Of a stretch of 64,000 bases of DNA, positions 1 to 13,677 are shown piece by piece. How positions within the stretch are numbered: the stretch's first letter is position 1; every line of letters begins with the position of its first letter. Where the stretch lies: the NCBI GenBank assembly GCA_951406725.2, contig OX597823.1, positions 87,234,001-87,298,000 of the forward strand. The letters are read 5' to 3'. The translations under genes were made by a program, and so were the position numbers. The notes beneath the pieces were generated by a model that saw nothing but the letters and a program-made list of their open reading frames with translations, was not told the DNA's origin and did not search any database. The DNA comes from Octopus vulgaris (lineage: Eukaryota).

Positions 1-75
1 ATATATATATATATATATATGTATATGTATATATATATATATGTATATATATGTATAAAGATATATATATGTATA

Positions 76-122
<47 letters not shown>

Positions 123-208
123 GTATATAAATATATATATATGTATGTATATATATATATGTATATATATGCATATAAGATATATATATGTATATATATA
201 TATGTATA

Positions 209-249
<41 letters not shown>

Positions 250-532
250 CTATATATATATTTATACATATATATATATATGTATATATACATATATATA
301 GATATATATATATATACATATGTATGTATTTATGCCTGTACGTATGTATGTGTGCATATATATGTCATATATATATATATGTGTGTGTATGTATGTATGT
401 ATATATGTATGCGTACATGCGTGTAAGAGCATATATCATATTCATACATGCATACATACATACATACATACATACATACATACATACATACATACATACA
501 CTCATACACACATACAAACACACATACATACA
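1..532. repeat. Compound (TA)n/(TATG)n/(TACA)n microsatellite
   Basis: Directly visible; ORFs over it are YI/HTYI low-complexity translations. Confidence 0.97.
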
Positions 533-869
533 TAACAGAGACCGACATCTTAGCACATAAACGACTTCAGATTGATTGACTTCTAGGTATTTCAGCATAT
601 AAATATTTTTTTTTCTTTAAAGGGAAATTCTTTTGAAGAATCAGTCCATTGTACGAAATATTTCTTCCCTTAGTATTCAGTAAGCTATCATATCTTACAA
701 ACCAGTATCTACTTCACAGCTGGTTTAATAGTGGAATATTCATAAACTATTTGTTAAGTTTTTGGAATTTTCTTTTTGTTATATTGTTGCACATATTTTT
801 CAGCTGTGATATTGCGACCGTGATATGATAGGGCGCTGACTTTGTACTTATAGCCTTACTTACACGCAT

Positions 870-1302
<433 letters not shown>

Positions 1303-1399
1303 TTTACATTCACTTTATATATCTATATTATTTGCTTCAAGAATATACGTATGTATGACATAAAGAGATATGCACAGGACTCTATGCTCCGTGTGCAGT

Positions 1400-2080
1400 T
1401 CTTTGACTGCAATCATGGTGATAGAATCAGAGTGCGCAGGAAAAGAATAAAGGCGTTAGGTGACACCATAAGTAAGGGCGTCAGGAGAACCTGACATCGA
1501 TACATTGGCTAACATTGAAACATAATATAGAGAATTAGTGATAAACATATAGTATAAACACGTGGTTCAACACAGGGATATTTCAAGAGGTAATATTTGC
1601 AGAACGTACGTCATATGGGGAGTTCTCTCACAGGCTTAAGAAAGCTATAAAGGAAGCTAAACTCAGCATTAAAGTTGTAGAAAAATCAGGGACATTTCAC
1701 AAGACCATGTGTACTGATAGTAACTACACTGTATGTACCTTTAACCCTAGTATTAACTCGAAGACCGTGAATGTAGCCTACCGTGTAAAATACATAAAAG
1801 GTGATTGTAGGATCCACAATACGGCATATATAGGGGAGACTTCTAGGAGTTTAACGGAGTGGCTAAATGGACACAGGCGGGAGTATAACGAGAGGAAACA
1901 GTCGTCGATAACCTACGAACATTGTGGTATGCTGAGTCAAAATAGTATCGAAATTTTGTCTGAACACCCGAGAGAATTGTTGTGAGGGCTGATACGTGAA
2001 TCTTTTCCCATAAATTATACAATGCAATACTGAATAGAAAAAAGCTTTGTGTATACATGCTGGAACTGAAAGCAAAGAGT
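1400..2080 (+). mobile_element. Penelope-like element fragment (linker + GIY-YIG endonuclease), degenerate
   Basis: ORF 1707-1985 has NVAYRV...C...YIGETSRSLTEWLNGH, the GIY-YIG signature; an upstream frame reads WFNTGIFQEVIF...IKVVEKSG, typical of the PLE linker; frameshifts and stops present. Confidence 0.8.
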
Positions 2081-3503
2081 TGGCTCTGGATTTGATTGGT
2101 ACGCGTTTTCTTTGTGCCACCTACAATCAATTTCTGTTCGTAGGAGGGGGCACCTCTGTTTGGGTTTCTTCAACAGGCAGGGCGGTCTTGTGCTTGCGTT
2201 AAACACACACGATACAGACTATAGTATTCTTTGTAACGCCCGAAAGAAACTTGAACTTGTGACCCATGAGTAGGTGGTTCGATTGATAACCCACGCGGCT
2301 GTCTAGTCTCTATTTTCTACTCTTGTACAACAGTAGTATATTAACGATCGTATTTCAGCATAAAACTAACAAAAATAGTTTGTCTTTCGTAAATGTATCC
2401 TTCTTCGACGTATTCATAATCACGAAAAAATAAACACCGTTACAAAAGACGCATACATATACAGATACGTATTTAATCCAGACAACCTTTGTTTCTCTTT
2501 GTTCAAGCTAACAAAAATAAAACAAACAAAAGTATATAAAAAAAATAGAAAGAAAATATCTGAAACGTTATTTAAGCACCAGTTGACTTGTGTGTTGTGA
2601 GGGAGTCTTGCTTTCAGCTTTGACGTAGTCAGACACGTTAATCACCTAAGTATATTTGATCACACTTTGAATATTGCATTATCTGTTAACAGTTTTAAAG
2701 AGTTATTGCTTGCCTTCAGCGTGACCTGAGTTGAGTAAAAGTCTATTCATGTTTTTGCTGGTTTCTGTTTAGTTTTGGGGGGCTGTTTTTTTTCTCTCTC
2801 TCTCTTTTGTATACGAGGCGAAATAGAGACATTCGTCTTTGTTTTCGCTCTCAAAGCCTTAACCGACAGGTGTCCGTTAAGGGCATTTACAAATGTAAAC
2901 CGTTCGCATAAAGTGAATTCGTAAAACACCTAAGTCAATCACGCCAGTTTTAAAGAAATTCTCTCTCTCTTTCTCTCTCCCTTTCTCTCTTTCTCTCCTC
3001 TCTCTCTCACTCTCACTCTCCTCTCTCCCCCTCTCTCTCCTTTTCTCTCTCTCTCTCTCCCACACACACAGAAGATAAATATTTGTTTGTCGCACACTAG
3101 TGTTTGTGATAAGTGCGACTGATTGGAGTTTTAATGATTAGAAGTTAATAATTCAAGTGATTATCAGTGAAGATGAAGAAGGAGGAGGAAAAGGAAGGGG
3201 AGGAGGAGGAAGATAGAAGAAGAAGAAGAAGAAGAAGAAGAAGAAGAAGAAGAAGAAGAAGAAGAAGAAAAGAACAACAATAACAGCAGCACCGACAAGC
3301 AGCAGCAGCAGCTATCAGGCATCCATGTTTTATTTTCTCCGAGCAAAAATGACTGATGTAAATGAAATTCAAAGACATACACCGAAGAGTCAAAATATGA
3401 ACGCCATCTTGCTTTCTTTTTCTCTCACTCACTTTCTCACAGTTTCTTTCTTTTTCTTTCTTCTCTATTTGTCATTAGGAAAAGAGTGAAATGGTGGCAG
3501 ATA

Positions 3504-5110
3504 CGAGGGTGGGCTTAAAGGTTCATAGGCTGACTATGAAGGAGTGATGCTAGAGTCGTGAAATCTTTGATTTGTTGGCCACAATGTGAGACGATTATTG
3601 TTATCGTTAAGCCTAACTCATCGTAAGTCAATACCACCATGATTGATATCCAAACTAAAGTAGAGAAGGCTAGCCACTAGATTAGGTTAAAAAGAGACGA
3701 TGAACAATAGCTAGAGGTATAGTGAGCTTTATTTAATAACTAGTTGATCTAGCAAGCAGGGCTTCATATCAGTGAGGGGGGCCCGTGCGCATTGACGTCG
3801 TTGAGAGGTAGGCCTCGAAACGGCGCGTACTCTCTACTGATGATCCCATACCTTTGCTGTCTTCCGGTATGCGGATTTCTCGACTGGTAGCACTTGCATA
3901 ACATCCTGCTTTAATTGCAACTTCACTTATTAATAATTGCTTTGATTTTTTACAGGTTAACTGGCATCTGACTGTTCAATGACGGCTTCAAATGAAACTA
4001 GTAATACATTCTCTTGAAAATCAACAAAGTTTGACATCGTGGCGTTATCAACTACCTGCAGAAAAATGCTTTAGCTCCCCAGAATATTCATATACACATG
4101 CTTGCTCCACTGGGGATGTCGCACCAGTTTTATCAGCAGTGAAAGATTGGACAGCTGAATTTAGGAGGAGAAGGATCTTGAAGACTACCTAAGGTTTGGA
4201 CGTCCCGCAACTGCTACCACCGAGGAAAACATTGATCGTGTTCACCACATGGTGATAGATAACAGGCGATTGACTATAAATCAAATCGCCAATACTGTTA
4301 GTATAACGCGTGTGAGAGGAGAGAATATTCGGCACAATGAACTTAGAATGATGGAGGTTTCTGCTCGGTGGATGCAACGTCTTCTGACACCTGCTCAAAG
4401 GTGCACCAGGCTGATCACATCATGGGAAAATCTGACATTCTTCGAAGCAGATCCAAAGTTTCCTTATACAGGATGAGTGTTGGTGTCATCACTTGAGTCG
4501 AAGACACAAAAACAGACAAGCCATGCAGTGGGAAAAAAAAAACTATCATCACCTACTCCAAATATGGTCGTTTCATCTGCAGGGAAAGTAATAGACCCCT
4601 TTTGCTTTTTATATATGCAAAAAGCATCGTGTTTATTGACTATGTTCAGAAGGGTCACACCATCAACGGAGGGTATCAAGCCAACTTGCTGAGGCAGTTA
4701 CGAAAGATTATCGAGATCGAACACCCAGGAAAATTTTTAAAAAAGGGTTCCTGTTTTATGAGGGCAATGATCCAACACACAAATCCATGGTTCCAATGGC
4801 TGTTGTGAGTGACTGTGGCTTTGAACTAGTTAATCACCCTCCCAATTCTCTTGGTTTCGCCTCCCTCTATCATCTGTTTCCCAACATGAAAAAACACTTG
4901 GTTGGGAACCGGTATCGCACTGACGATGACGTCATATCTGCTGTTGCTACTGGTTACTTGTGAAGTCTTCTTTGAAGTGTCAGATGTCAGCTTTACCAGA
5001 AATAAACAATGCAATTATTAATATGAAGTGTTGAAATTAGTACATGCAAGATTTCTGATCCGTAGCATCACTCCTTCATAGTCAGCCGCTGAACGTTTTA
5101 GCCCGCTCCA
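3504..5110 (+). mobile_element. Mariner DNA transposon, both ends present, transposase pseudogenised
   Basis: ~65-bp imperfect TIRs (GGCTGACTATGAAGGAGTGATGCTA at 3528-3552, exact reverse complement at 5063-5087); TA on both sides (3502-3503, 5111-5112); fragments DNRRLTINQIA..., MEVSARWMQRLLT, IVFIDYVQKGHTINGGYQANLLRQLR and a HPPNSLGFAS remnant of HPPYSPDLAP. Confidence 0.92.
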
Positions 5111-5138
5111 TATATCTATACGCGTGCACGCACACACG

Positions 5139-5265
<127 letters not shown>

Positions 5266-5342
5266 TTCGTGCAAATACAGTGAACTAGAAAATGGGTAAC
5301 AGAAGGGGAACAAAATTTAGCAAGTAAGGTATTACCTTAAAG

Positions 5343-5519
5343 CAGTGCACCGCAGCCTCTATGTCACTGCACACTGGTGTGCCACGAGACGATGCTAGGT
5401 GTTCTACAGTGTAACCTGAATATAATTTTCCCCCTATACTTTTAATTATGGTTTTAGTTCAGGTGTGCCACCGAATTATTTAAAGAATATAAGTGTACCG
5501 CAAGTGAAAAAAGGTTGTG
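5343..5519. mobile_element. Probable hAT (Charlie-like) MITE remnant
   Basis: Starts CAGTG, repeated GTGTGCCAC motifs, AAAAAAGGTTG subterminal motif; near-identical 8-bp flanks CCTTAAAG (5335-5342) and GCTTAAAG (5520-5527); right TIR eroded. Confidence 0.45.
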
Positions 5520-5711
5520 GCTTAAAGCATTAATGGAAAGTGAAAGTGCCTTTACGTTTCGGACTTTCGTTAGTTATCAGGGATAAGCAAGTAATGGTGC
5601 GACAGGATGCGTGTGTGTGTGTATGTTTGTGTGTGTGTGTGTGTGTGTGTATATGTTAGTGTGGTACGTATAAAGAATGTGTGTTTAGGAGTCCGAATAT
5701 AGAAATATATA

Positions 5712-6114
5712 GGCGCAGTAGTGGCTGTGGGGTAAGTAGCTTTCTTACCAACCACCTGGTTCCGGGTTCAGTACCACAGCGTGACACCTTCGGCAAGTGT
5801 CTTCTACTATAGCCTCGGGCCGACCAAAGCCTTGTGAGTGGATTTGGTAGATGGAAACTGAAAGAATTCCGTGGTATATGTGTATATATATATATAGATG
5901 TATGTGTGTGTATATGTTTGTGTGTCTGTGTTCGTCCTAACCCCCACCAACATCGCTTGACAACTGATGCTTGTGTGTTTACGTCCCCGTAACTTAGCAG
6001 TTCGGCAAAAGAGACCGATAGAATAAGTACCAGGCTTCCCAAGAATAAGTTCTGGGGTCGATTTGCTCGACTAAAGGCGGTGCTCCAGCATGGTCACAGT
6101 CAAATGACTGAAAC
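5712..6114 (+). mobile_element. tRNA-derived SINE, family A (bipartite, internal microsatellite)
   Basis: Head with A/B-box-like TGGCTGTGGGGT...GGTTCAGTACC, body GGCAAGTGTCTTCTACTATAGCC...GGAAACTGAAAGAA, internal (TA/TG)n, tail GGTGCTCCAGCATGG..CAGTCAAATGACTGAAACA; more than 12 copies in window. Confidence 0.9.
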
Positions 6115-6334
6115 ATTTCGAGCGGGCATGTGTGTTTGTGCGTGTGTGAGAGTGTAATAGTTGGGTGGGTAGAGTGAAAGTGTTATAGGAAGAAGGAGAA
6201 AGTGGGTTCGTGTATGAGGAAAGAAAAATGCTCATCAGAGCAATGTGCAAGTTTTTATAGATCCGTGTGCTTGCGTATGACAAGACTACCTAGGGATGTG
6301 GAAACATTTCTAACAAAAAGGTAAGGTTTAAACT

Positions 6335-6499
6335 GGCGCTGCTGTATGGTGAGGAGCTTGCTTCCTAATCACATGATTCCGCGTTCAGTCACACTGCGTG
6401 TCACCCTGGGTAAGTGTCTTCTACTATAGCTTTGGATCGACCAAAGCTTTTGTGAGTGGATTTGGTAGACGGAAACTGAAAGAATCCCGTCGTATATAA

Positions 6500-6545
<46 letters not shown>

Positions 6546-6550
6546 ATTCG

Positions 6551-6585
<35 letters not shown>

Positions 6586-6905
6586 GATTTACAGGATATG
6601 TATGTCTTCATATTTGTATTCCCATGATGATTTCTCTCTGTATATATATATATATATTTGTATATATTTATATATTTATTGTATGCTATTGTGTCTTTGT
6701 CCCGCGCCACCGCTTGACAACCAATGTTGGTGGGTTTACGTCCCCGTAACACTAACGGTTCAGCAAGAGAGACCGATAGCTTACAAAGTACTAGGCTTAC
6801 AAAGAATATGTTCTGAGGTCGATTATTTCGACTAAAACTCTTGTAAAGCAGTGCTCCAGCATAGCCGCAATCAAATGACTGAAACAAGTAAAGGAATAAA
6901 AGAAT
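6335..6905 (+). mobile_element. SINE family A
   Basis: Same head, body and tail as 5712-6114 with an expanded internal (TA)n. Confidence 0.88.
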
Positions 6906-8370
6906 GAAATTAAATATTGTGTGCAAAGAGGAAGAAATTTATTTTAAAACATTTTGCAGTAAACGGAGTGTTCTTAAACATGTTAAGTCACTTATAAGAC
7001 ATTATATGAGTCCCATTATGAATGTTCTTCACTGTCTTTGAGAAGTTTCATGACATCTTTAGAAAAATCACAATACACGTTAATTATTGCCTGACGAATC
7101 AAATTAATATAAGCGTCTTAAAACTAATTTGTCTGTGCATATTATTAATTTCAAATATCATAAACGTATTTTAAACGAATAATACCTGTTCTAGCATCCA
7201 CAGACGAAAGACTTTAGAATGAAATTGTGCATAGATTTTTAGTCTATGGTCCTCGTTATTATAAACATTTGCATTTGACTAAGGGTAAATGAAGCAAATA
7301 ATTTTATTCAGCAACGTATTCCAGTGTTTTCCACTTTCAGTAAATATTTACCTGAATGTTATATTTACAAAAACGTTCATTGCATAGTTTGACATTTAGC
7401 CTGCCAAAAGGCGTTTGGTTGCTTGCTAGGAACTTTGCTAATAATAGAAATTGCAAATTGCTTTATCGTTAGCGCCCTTCTTAGAAATGATTGTTAGAAA
7501 ATTTATTAAGGAATGATGGAAATGCTTGAAACCAAAAATTTGTCAGCCCATGCATGTAGCGTTTGGTTGGTCAGCAGAAAATATATACACAGATATTCTT
7601 GCAGCTTCTCGGGGCAATGTTTTCTTTTCTTTTTTTATCTACCGACTGTTATAAAAGAAAATAATAACAGTGTGCTTTGTAAATAATATACTTCAGGACG
7701 AAATCTACAGACTTCATCTTTGTTTTATTTCTTTTTGCGTCTTGAATTTTGTATCCGTTATTGCAAATGAGCTGCTCAAAACTGCTAATCCTAATTTTGG
7801 CAAAGCATATGAAGTCCTTGAGGCGTTATGATTCTTTTATTACAAAACACAAAATGTATATACGGGGTCCTAACAAAAAAGTATGTATGTGTGGGGGTGC
7901 AAAATAAAATGAGACAACAAAGCCAAAATAGCGTGAAATTTCTAGGACATTTATGAAGAGAAAGGTAGTCTTACACCTGTTTCAGAGATTAAATAGAGGG
8001 AAAAGTAACGTTGAATGTAAGAAGTTATAATGGCAAGAGAGAGATATAGGAAGTATAAATGGAAAGAAGAGAATAGCAATAAGAATATGTGGGATGTTAC
8101 AGAGAAAGTGCTGTGGAGAAAGGGTAGAAAGGCTTCTTGTCCATGGTATGTAAATTCCGATAGGAGTTCATATTTTGTTATTTTAAAAGGATAGTGTGGA
8201 GATACAAATTCCATGCGCTGTTCATTCTAAGGGGTCTTGTAGTCTGACTAAGGTGTTTCCGTAGCACTTATATAGCTTTATCTGCCATTTTTGGTCATCT
8301 GGATACTAAAACCTCTCATATATATATATATGTGTGTGTGTCTGTGTGTGTGTGTGAGTGCGTGTGTGTG

Positions 8371-8640
8371 GATGCGCCTGGCTTAGTTGGTTAGGGTGTC
8401 AGCATCTTGATCGTAAGATTGTGGTTTCGATTCCTGGACCGGGTGACGCGTTGTGTTCTTGAGCAAAACACTTCATTTCACGTTGCTCCAGTCCACTCAG
8501 CTGGCAAAAATGAGTAACGCTGCGATGGATTGGCATCCCGTCCAGCTCTACGACACCACAGTGAGCGCCATTGGGCTCACTGTCCACGGCTACGACACCA
8601 CAATGAGCGCTATGGTTCGGCTCGGCTCGGCTCGGCTTGC
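8371..8640 (+). mobile_element. tRNA-derived SINE, family C
   Basis: Head TGGCTTAGTTGG...GTTTCGATTCC then TTGTGTTCTTGAGCAAAACACTT; related copies at ~31610-31750 and ~61010-61090. Confidence 0.8.
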
Positions 8641-8650
8641 AATTGTTTTA

Positions 8651-9455
8651 GATTAGATGTTTTTTAGCATAATTCCACAAGTTCTCGATCGGATTTAGGT
8701 TCGGGCTCTGGGGAGGCCATTCGATTACATCAATATTATGGTGATCAAACAATTCCATAACCTTTTTGGATTTGTGTACAGGACTATTGTCCCACTGATA
8801 AATAGCCCCCGGAGGCATTTGGTGAGTCAAATATGGCACATTATCCTTTATTAGATTCATAAAACCTACACTATTTAGCTTTACATCAACTTTAACTAGA
8901 GGACCAACACCTTAGCTACTAAATGCCACCCACACCATCACCCCACACCCCGCTTGTGCCGTCTTTTTCACGCATTTCGGATGGAATTCCTCGGTTGAGC
9001 GACGTCTGACATATGTTTTACCATCTGATCCAAATATTCAGAAGCGTGAATCGTCACTCCAAAGGACCGTGCACCAATCTTCGGCTGTCCATTGAGCATA
9101 CCTTTTTGCGAAATTAAGACGTTTGAGTCGACTTTTTCGGATATTATTGGCTTTTTCCTAGCGATTCGTCCATGTAGTTAAAATTCTTTCAAACGGTTGC
9201 GGACGGTTTATAGTGTAAAAATAACAAAATTCTCGTTGGATAATTGTTTACAAATGTCAATGTCTGTCAGCATTCAGTTGCCTTCCAAAAGTCGGTGGAT
9301 TCGACGGTCCAACTGCTCCATCGTTTTTCTTGGGTCGGCAGTCCTTTGCCGATCTTTATATTGACCAGTCTCCGAAAATAATTTCCACGCTTGCACGCAT
9401 GCCGTTTTACTGCACTTTAGTAGTTTGCTGATGTTCGAAAAGGAAACTTTTTGCT
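8651..9455 (-). mobile_element. Tc1-family transposase pseudogene fragment
   Basis: QWDNSPVH...WPPQSPNLNPIENLW (ORF 8648-8860); upstream frames give WTAEDWCTVLWSDDSRF and GVMVWVAF..GVGPL. Confidence 0.9.
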
Positions 9456-9459
9456 GCTA

Positions 9460-10550
9460 GAATAACACGATTTTTGCTCTCTTGACTGGATCACCATCCA
9501 GATGGAGCCACAGATGCCTCAACCTCAGCGCGTGCCTGCGCATCATCAGCCGAGGCATCCCTAGCCCACCCTTTAACGGTTGTTGGCAGCAAATAGAGCA
9601 TCTCACAAGCGTATTCGAACCCTTACACAAGAAGCGGAAGAGCTGTCTTTCCAGCTTGCTCAACCATGAGTCAGAGCAGAGAACGACGGTTAGGCGGTAG
9701 GTGATGACCGATGCGATGAACACATTGGCCACCTCCGCCCTCCCTGGCTCAATTTTCGCAGCAATGGCTCAAGAGACATTACATACAAAAGCGGGGAGAG
9801 AGGACACACTTGACGAACCGAGCGTTTGAAGCTGAGCAGCTTAGATAAAAAAACCGTTCATCCAAACTACTGAGTCGCTGTTGTTATAAATTTCAATGAT
9901 CCACCTGAGGAAGCTAATACCCACGCACCAATCTTTTCGAGAACACTTTGGCCAAAATCTTCAACTCTGTGTTTAGCAGAGTGATGCTGCCAGTTCGCGT
10001 AGACATTCGCCAGCAGGTGCCTGAATAAGTCTGGCATACTCTTACAGCAGGTGCCCGAACAGTTCATAGGGTAGACCATCCAGTCCCGGTGCTTTACCCG
10101 CGTCGCGGTGCGCCATAGCCTCAATTACCTCCTCAGGCGTGATCGGCCCTAGACAACACTCCGCGTCAAGCTCCGAGAGGCGTGGCAGCCCGGCGAGGTA
10201 ATCCATTAGGTCCCTCTTACTGTCCGGTCCGCTTCCCCCACCCCGAAAAGCAAGGTGAAGTGCTCCTGAAAGACCTCACGCATCTCCTCGGGCTCGTTTA
10301 TCAACATACCTCTTTGGTTCATCAAAGATCGAATTGTGCCATCGTTGACACGTTGGGCTTCCACCACTCGGGCTCATCCTGCAGCCTTGATTCCTTCACA
10401 ACCCAATATACGAATCCTGGCTCCAACAATGCAACCCATATGTTGGGCTTCGAGATGCTGGTTTAACGCTAGTCTCTTGGCCGTCACCTGAGCTGCAGAG
10501 CCAGATTCTATTGCTTCCTCCAAGTCTTTAGCTAATGCAAATCCCTTCCT
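9460..10550 (-). mobile_element. L1/Tx1-like LINE ORF2 remnant, internally deleted
   Basis: TLLNTELKILAKV (RT), a PGLDGLP-like motif near 10070-10090, and ANVFIASVITYRL...LFRFL...QPLKGGLGMP (post-RT region). Confidence 0.75.
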
Positions 10551-10555
10551 AGTAT

Positions 10556-10808
10556 ATCTATATATATAAAACTGAGAATGTGTGTGTGTCTGTCTGTCTG
10601 TCTATCTGTGTGAATTCCTAAAACTTGAGAACTACACAACCAATTTCATTCAAATATAACGCATGCCTTACTTAGGGTCCATATAGTGTCATAGGCAAAA
10701 AAAATGTTTAACATCTAGCCTAGGGCGGGCCCACAGCAATATCATATCTTCTCCACTATTTCAGTATTACGTGTTAAAAGTGAAATAAATAAAAACATCT
10801 CTCTATTG
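10556..10808 (+). mobile_element. Possible non-autonomous Helitron-like element, 5' part
   Basis: A|TCTATATATATAAAA start, short (TGTC)n, then AACTACACAACCAATTTCATTCAAAT; this layout resembles animal non-autonomous Helitrons; no 3' CTAG end identified. Confidence 0.4.
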
Positions 10809-10846
10809 TATGTATATAGATGTATATATATACATGTATATATATG

Positions 10847-10920
<74 letters not shown>

Positions 10921-11089
10921 TATGTATACATGTATATGTATACATGTATGTCTAGATGTATATATATATATATAGATGTATATATAATATATACCCATAT
11001 ATATATACACACATATATACATGCATACATATATATATATACACCCATACACACAACTCCCCCCATCCCACCCCCACACACACATACAT

Positions 11090-11405
11090 AGGTGCAGGTT
11101 TGGCAGTGTGGTAACAAACTTGGTTCCAAAACACAAGATTCCCAGTTCAGTCCCACTGTGTGGTAACTTGGCATGTCTCTTCTGCTAAAGCCTCGGACCA
11201 ACCAAAGCCTTGTCAGTGGATTTTGTAGACAGAAACTGAAAGAAATCAGTTGTGTTTATATGTATGTATATATGTAAGTCTATGTGTGTGTCTTTGTGTT
11301 TCTCCCTCATCACTGCTTCACAACTGGTGTTCGTTTATTTACATCCCCATAACTTACTGGTTTCACAAGTAGAAACTGATAGAATAAGTACCAGGCTTAT
11401 CAAAA
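11090..11405 (+). mobile_element. SINE family A, diverged, 3'-truncated
   Basis: Head GGTGCAGGTTTGGCAGTGTGGT...CCAAAGCCTTGTCAGTGGATTT...GATAGAATAAGTACCAGGCTT. Confidence 0.8.
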
Positions 11406-11473
11406 TATAAAAAAAGCACTACGCAATGTCTCATATTTTTGCTTGCCCACTCAGTTGTATCTATCAATTTATC

Positions 11474-11508
<35 letters not shown>

Positions 11509-11599
11509 ACACATATATATATATGGATTTCGTAGACAGGAACTGAAACAAATCAATATTATACATATGTATGTATATATGTAAGTGTATGTGATTTGA

Positions 11600-12505
11600 T
11601 ATTGGCAACATGAATGACAATGGTCAAAGACTACTTGAAGTTTGCACATACTATAACCCGTGCATCACCAGCACATTCTTTGCCAACAAGACATCCCACA
11701 AGGCATCTTGGAGACATCCAAGATCTCACCACTGACATCAGCTGGTTCTCATCATTACACGAAGATCATTTTTGAATTCTGTTCAACTGACCCGTAGTTA
11801 CCACAGTGCGGATTGTGACACACATCATTCACTAATAAGAAGCAGAGTGAGGATTCTGCCTAAGAAACTCCATCACTCCAAGAAAATGGGCCTACCACGC
11901 ATTAACACTGCCAGAACCTCCGACCCTACATTGCGAAAATGTTTTGCTGTTTCTATCAAGGTTGCCCTCAGTAGCTGCCCAACCTCCTCTGCTGAAAGTA
12001 GGTGGAATTATATCAGGGAAGCTTTGTATACCACATCAATAGATACTTTCGGCATGAGAGAAAGGCAAAGCCCAGTTATCGAAGCAAAGCATGCAGCTCT
12101 GATGCAATACAAGAGTGATTCTTCTACAAAGTCGCTCGAAGAACTCAGAAAGGCAAGAAATAAAGCCCAACTGACTGCCAGACGCTGTGCAAATAGGTAT
12201 TGGCAGGTAATCTGTCAGACTATTCAGTCAGCTGCTGACAGTGGCGACACCCGTGGGATGTATGCCGGTTTGAAGAAGGCCCTCGGTCCATCCGCAACCA
12301 AGTCAGCCCCTCTGAAATCAGCTACTGGAGATCTCATCAAGGACCAAAGCAAGCAAATGGATAGATGGGTGGAGTACTACTAGGATCTCTACTCACGGGA
12401 GACCACGGTAGCTGAGGCTGCACTCGAGGGTGTCAAGATCTTGCCGGTCATGTGTGATCTTGACAGTTTGCCATCTATAGCAGAGCTCAAAAAGGCTATT
12501 GACTT
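11600..12505 (+). mobile_element. RTE-clade LINE fragment (APE C-terminus and linker)
   Basis: NDNGQRLLE...SWRHPRS..HQL..IITRR, then ORF 11772-12383 TRSYHSADCDTHHSL...ARRCANRYW...IQSAADSGDTRGMY..LK...LIKDQSKQMDRWVEY. Confidence 0.9.
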
Positions 12506-12554
12506 TATGGGTCTTTTTGGGTCTTTTTTGGTTCATTTATTTCTTCATTTTTGG

Positions 12555-12597
<43 letters not shown>

Positions 12598-12621
12598 GTT
12601 ATTATTATTATTACTATTATT

Positions 12622-12669
<48 letters not shown>

Positions 12670-13105
12670 TCTGGTTTTGTAGGAGCTCCTGGAATCATGC
12701 ATGCTATCCATTCTTTTCGGCTATCTAATACTTTCTTGATTATTCTAGCTGTGCCAAAGAGGCAAACTTTTCGTAACAGTTCTACGGGGCACTCTATTCC
12801 AGTTTCCTTTATATTTCTCCTTGATGCCTTCTGATACTGTTCCCAAGGACCCAACAATAATTGGCTCTACCTTCACCTTCTTCATTTCCCATAGCCAGGT
12901 TATTCGTACTTACGAGGGTTGTATTAATATATTTATTTATTTCATTCTTGAATATTCGTAGGTGGACCCTGCATCCAACATCATCTATACAGCATATATG
13001 GTGCATCTTGTTGATCACCACTAGGATCAGTTTGTTATGATCCAGCACCTGATTGGGTCGGATCAGAAAATTCCAGGCCTCTCTAGCCTCCATTTCCAGT
13101 GCAGT
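12670..13105 (-). mobile_element. R4/Dong-like RLE-type LINE 3' fragment
   Basis: Frames read ..VEPIIVGSLGTV.. and IECPVELLRKVCLFGTARIIKKVLD; bounded by (TCA)n/(TTA)n arrays. Confidence 0.75.
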
Positions 13106-13116
13106 ATTTTCACTAC

Positions 13117-13214
<98 letters not shown>

Positions 13215-13215
<1 letters not shown>

Positions 13216-13415
13216 TGTAAGAATCCTTGGCATGCCGGATAAAATGCTTAGCGGTATTTCCTACGTCTTTACACTTTGAATTCAAATTCCACCGAGGCCA
13301 ACTTTGCCTTTCATCCTTTGGGGGTTGATAAATTAAGTACTAGTCAAGTACTGGGGTTTTGTATGATCGACTTAGCCCCTTCCCACAAATTTCAGACCTT
13401 GTGCCTATAGTAGAA
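13215..13415 (+). mobile_element. SINE family B
   Basis: AAATGCTTAGCGGTATTTC...TTCAAATTCCACCGAGG..ACTTTGCCTTTCATCCTTT.GGGGT.GATAAATTAAGTAC. Confidence 0.85.
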
Positions 13416-13422
13416 AACAATA

Positions 13423-13499
<77 letters not shown>

Positions 13500-13508
13500 G
13501 TTGTTATT

Positions 13509-13660
<152 letters not shown>

Positions 13661-13677
13661 CATTATTATTATTATTC

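Noticed and set aside
6950-8310. Non-repetitive AT-rich block as a decayed transposon or exon
   Set aside because: No recognisable motif, TIR or credible reading frame by eye
8371-8445. tRNA gene
   Set aside because: A/B boxes continue into a SINE body and no complete cloverleaf forms
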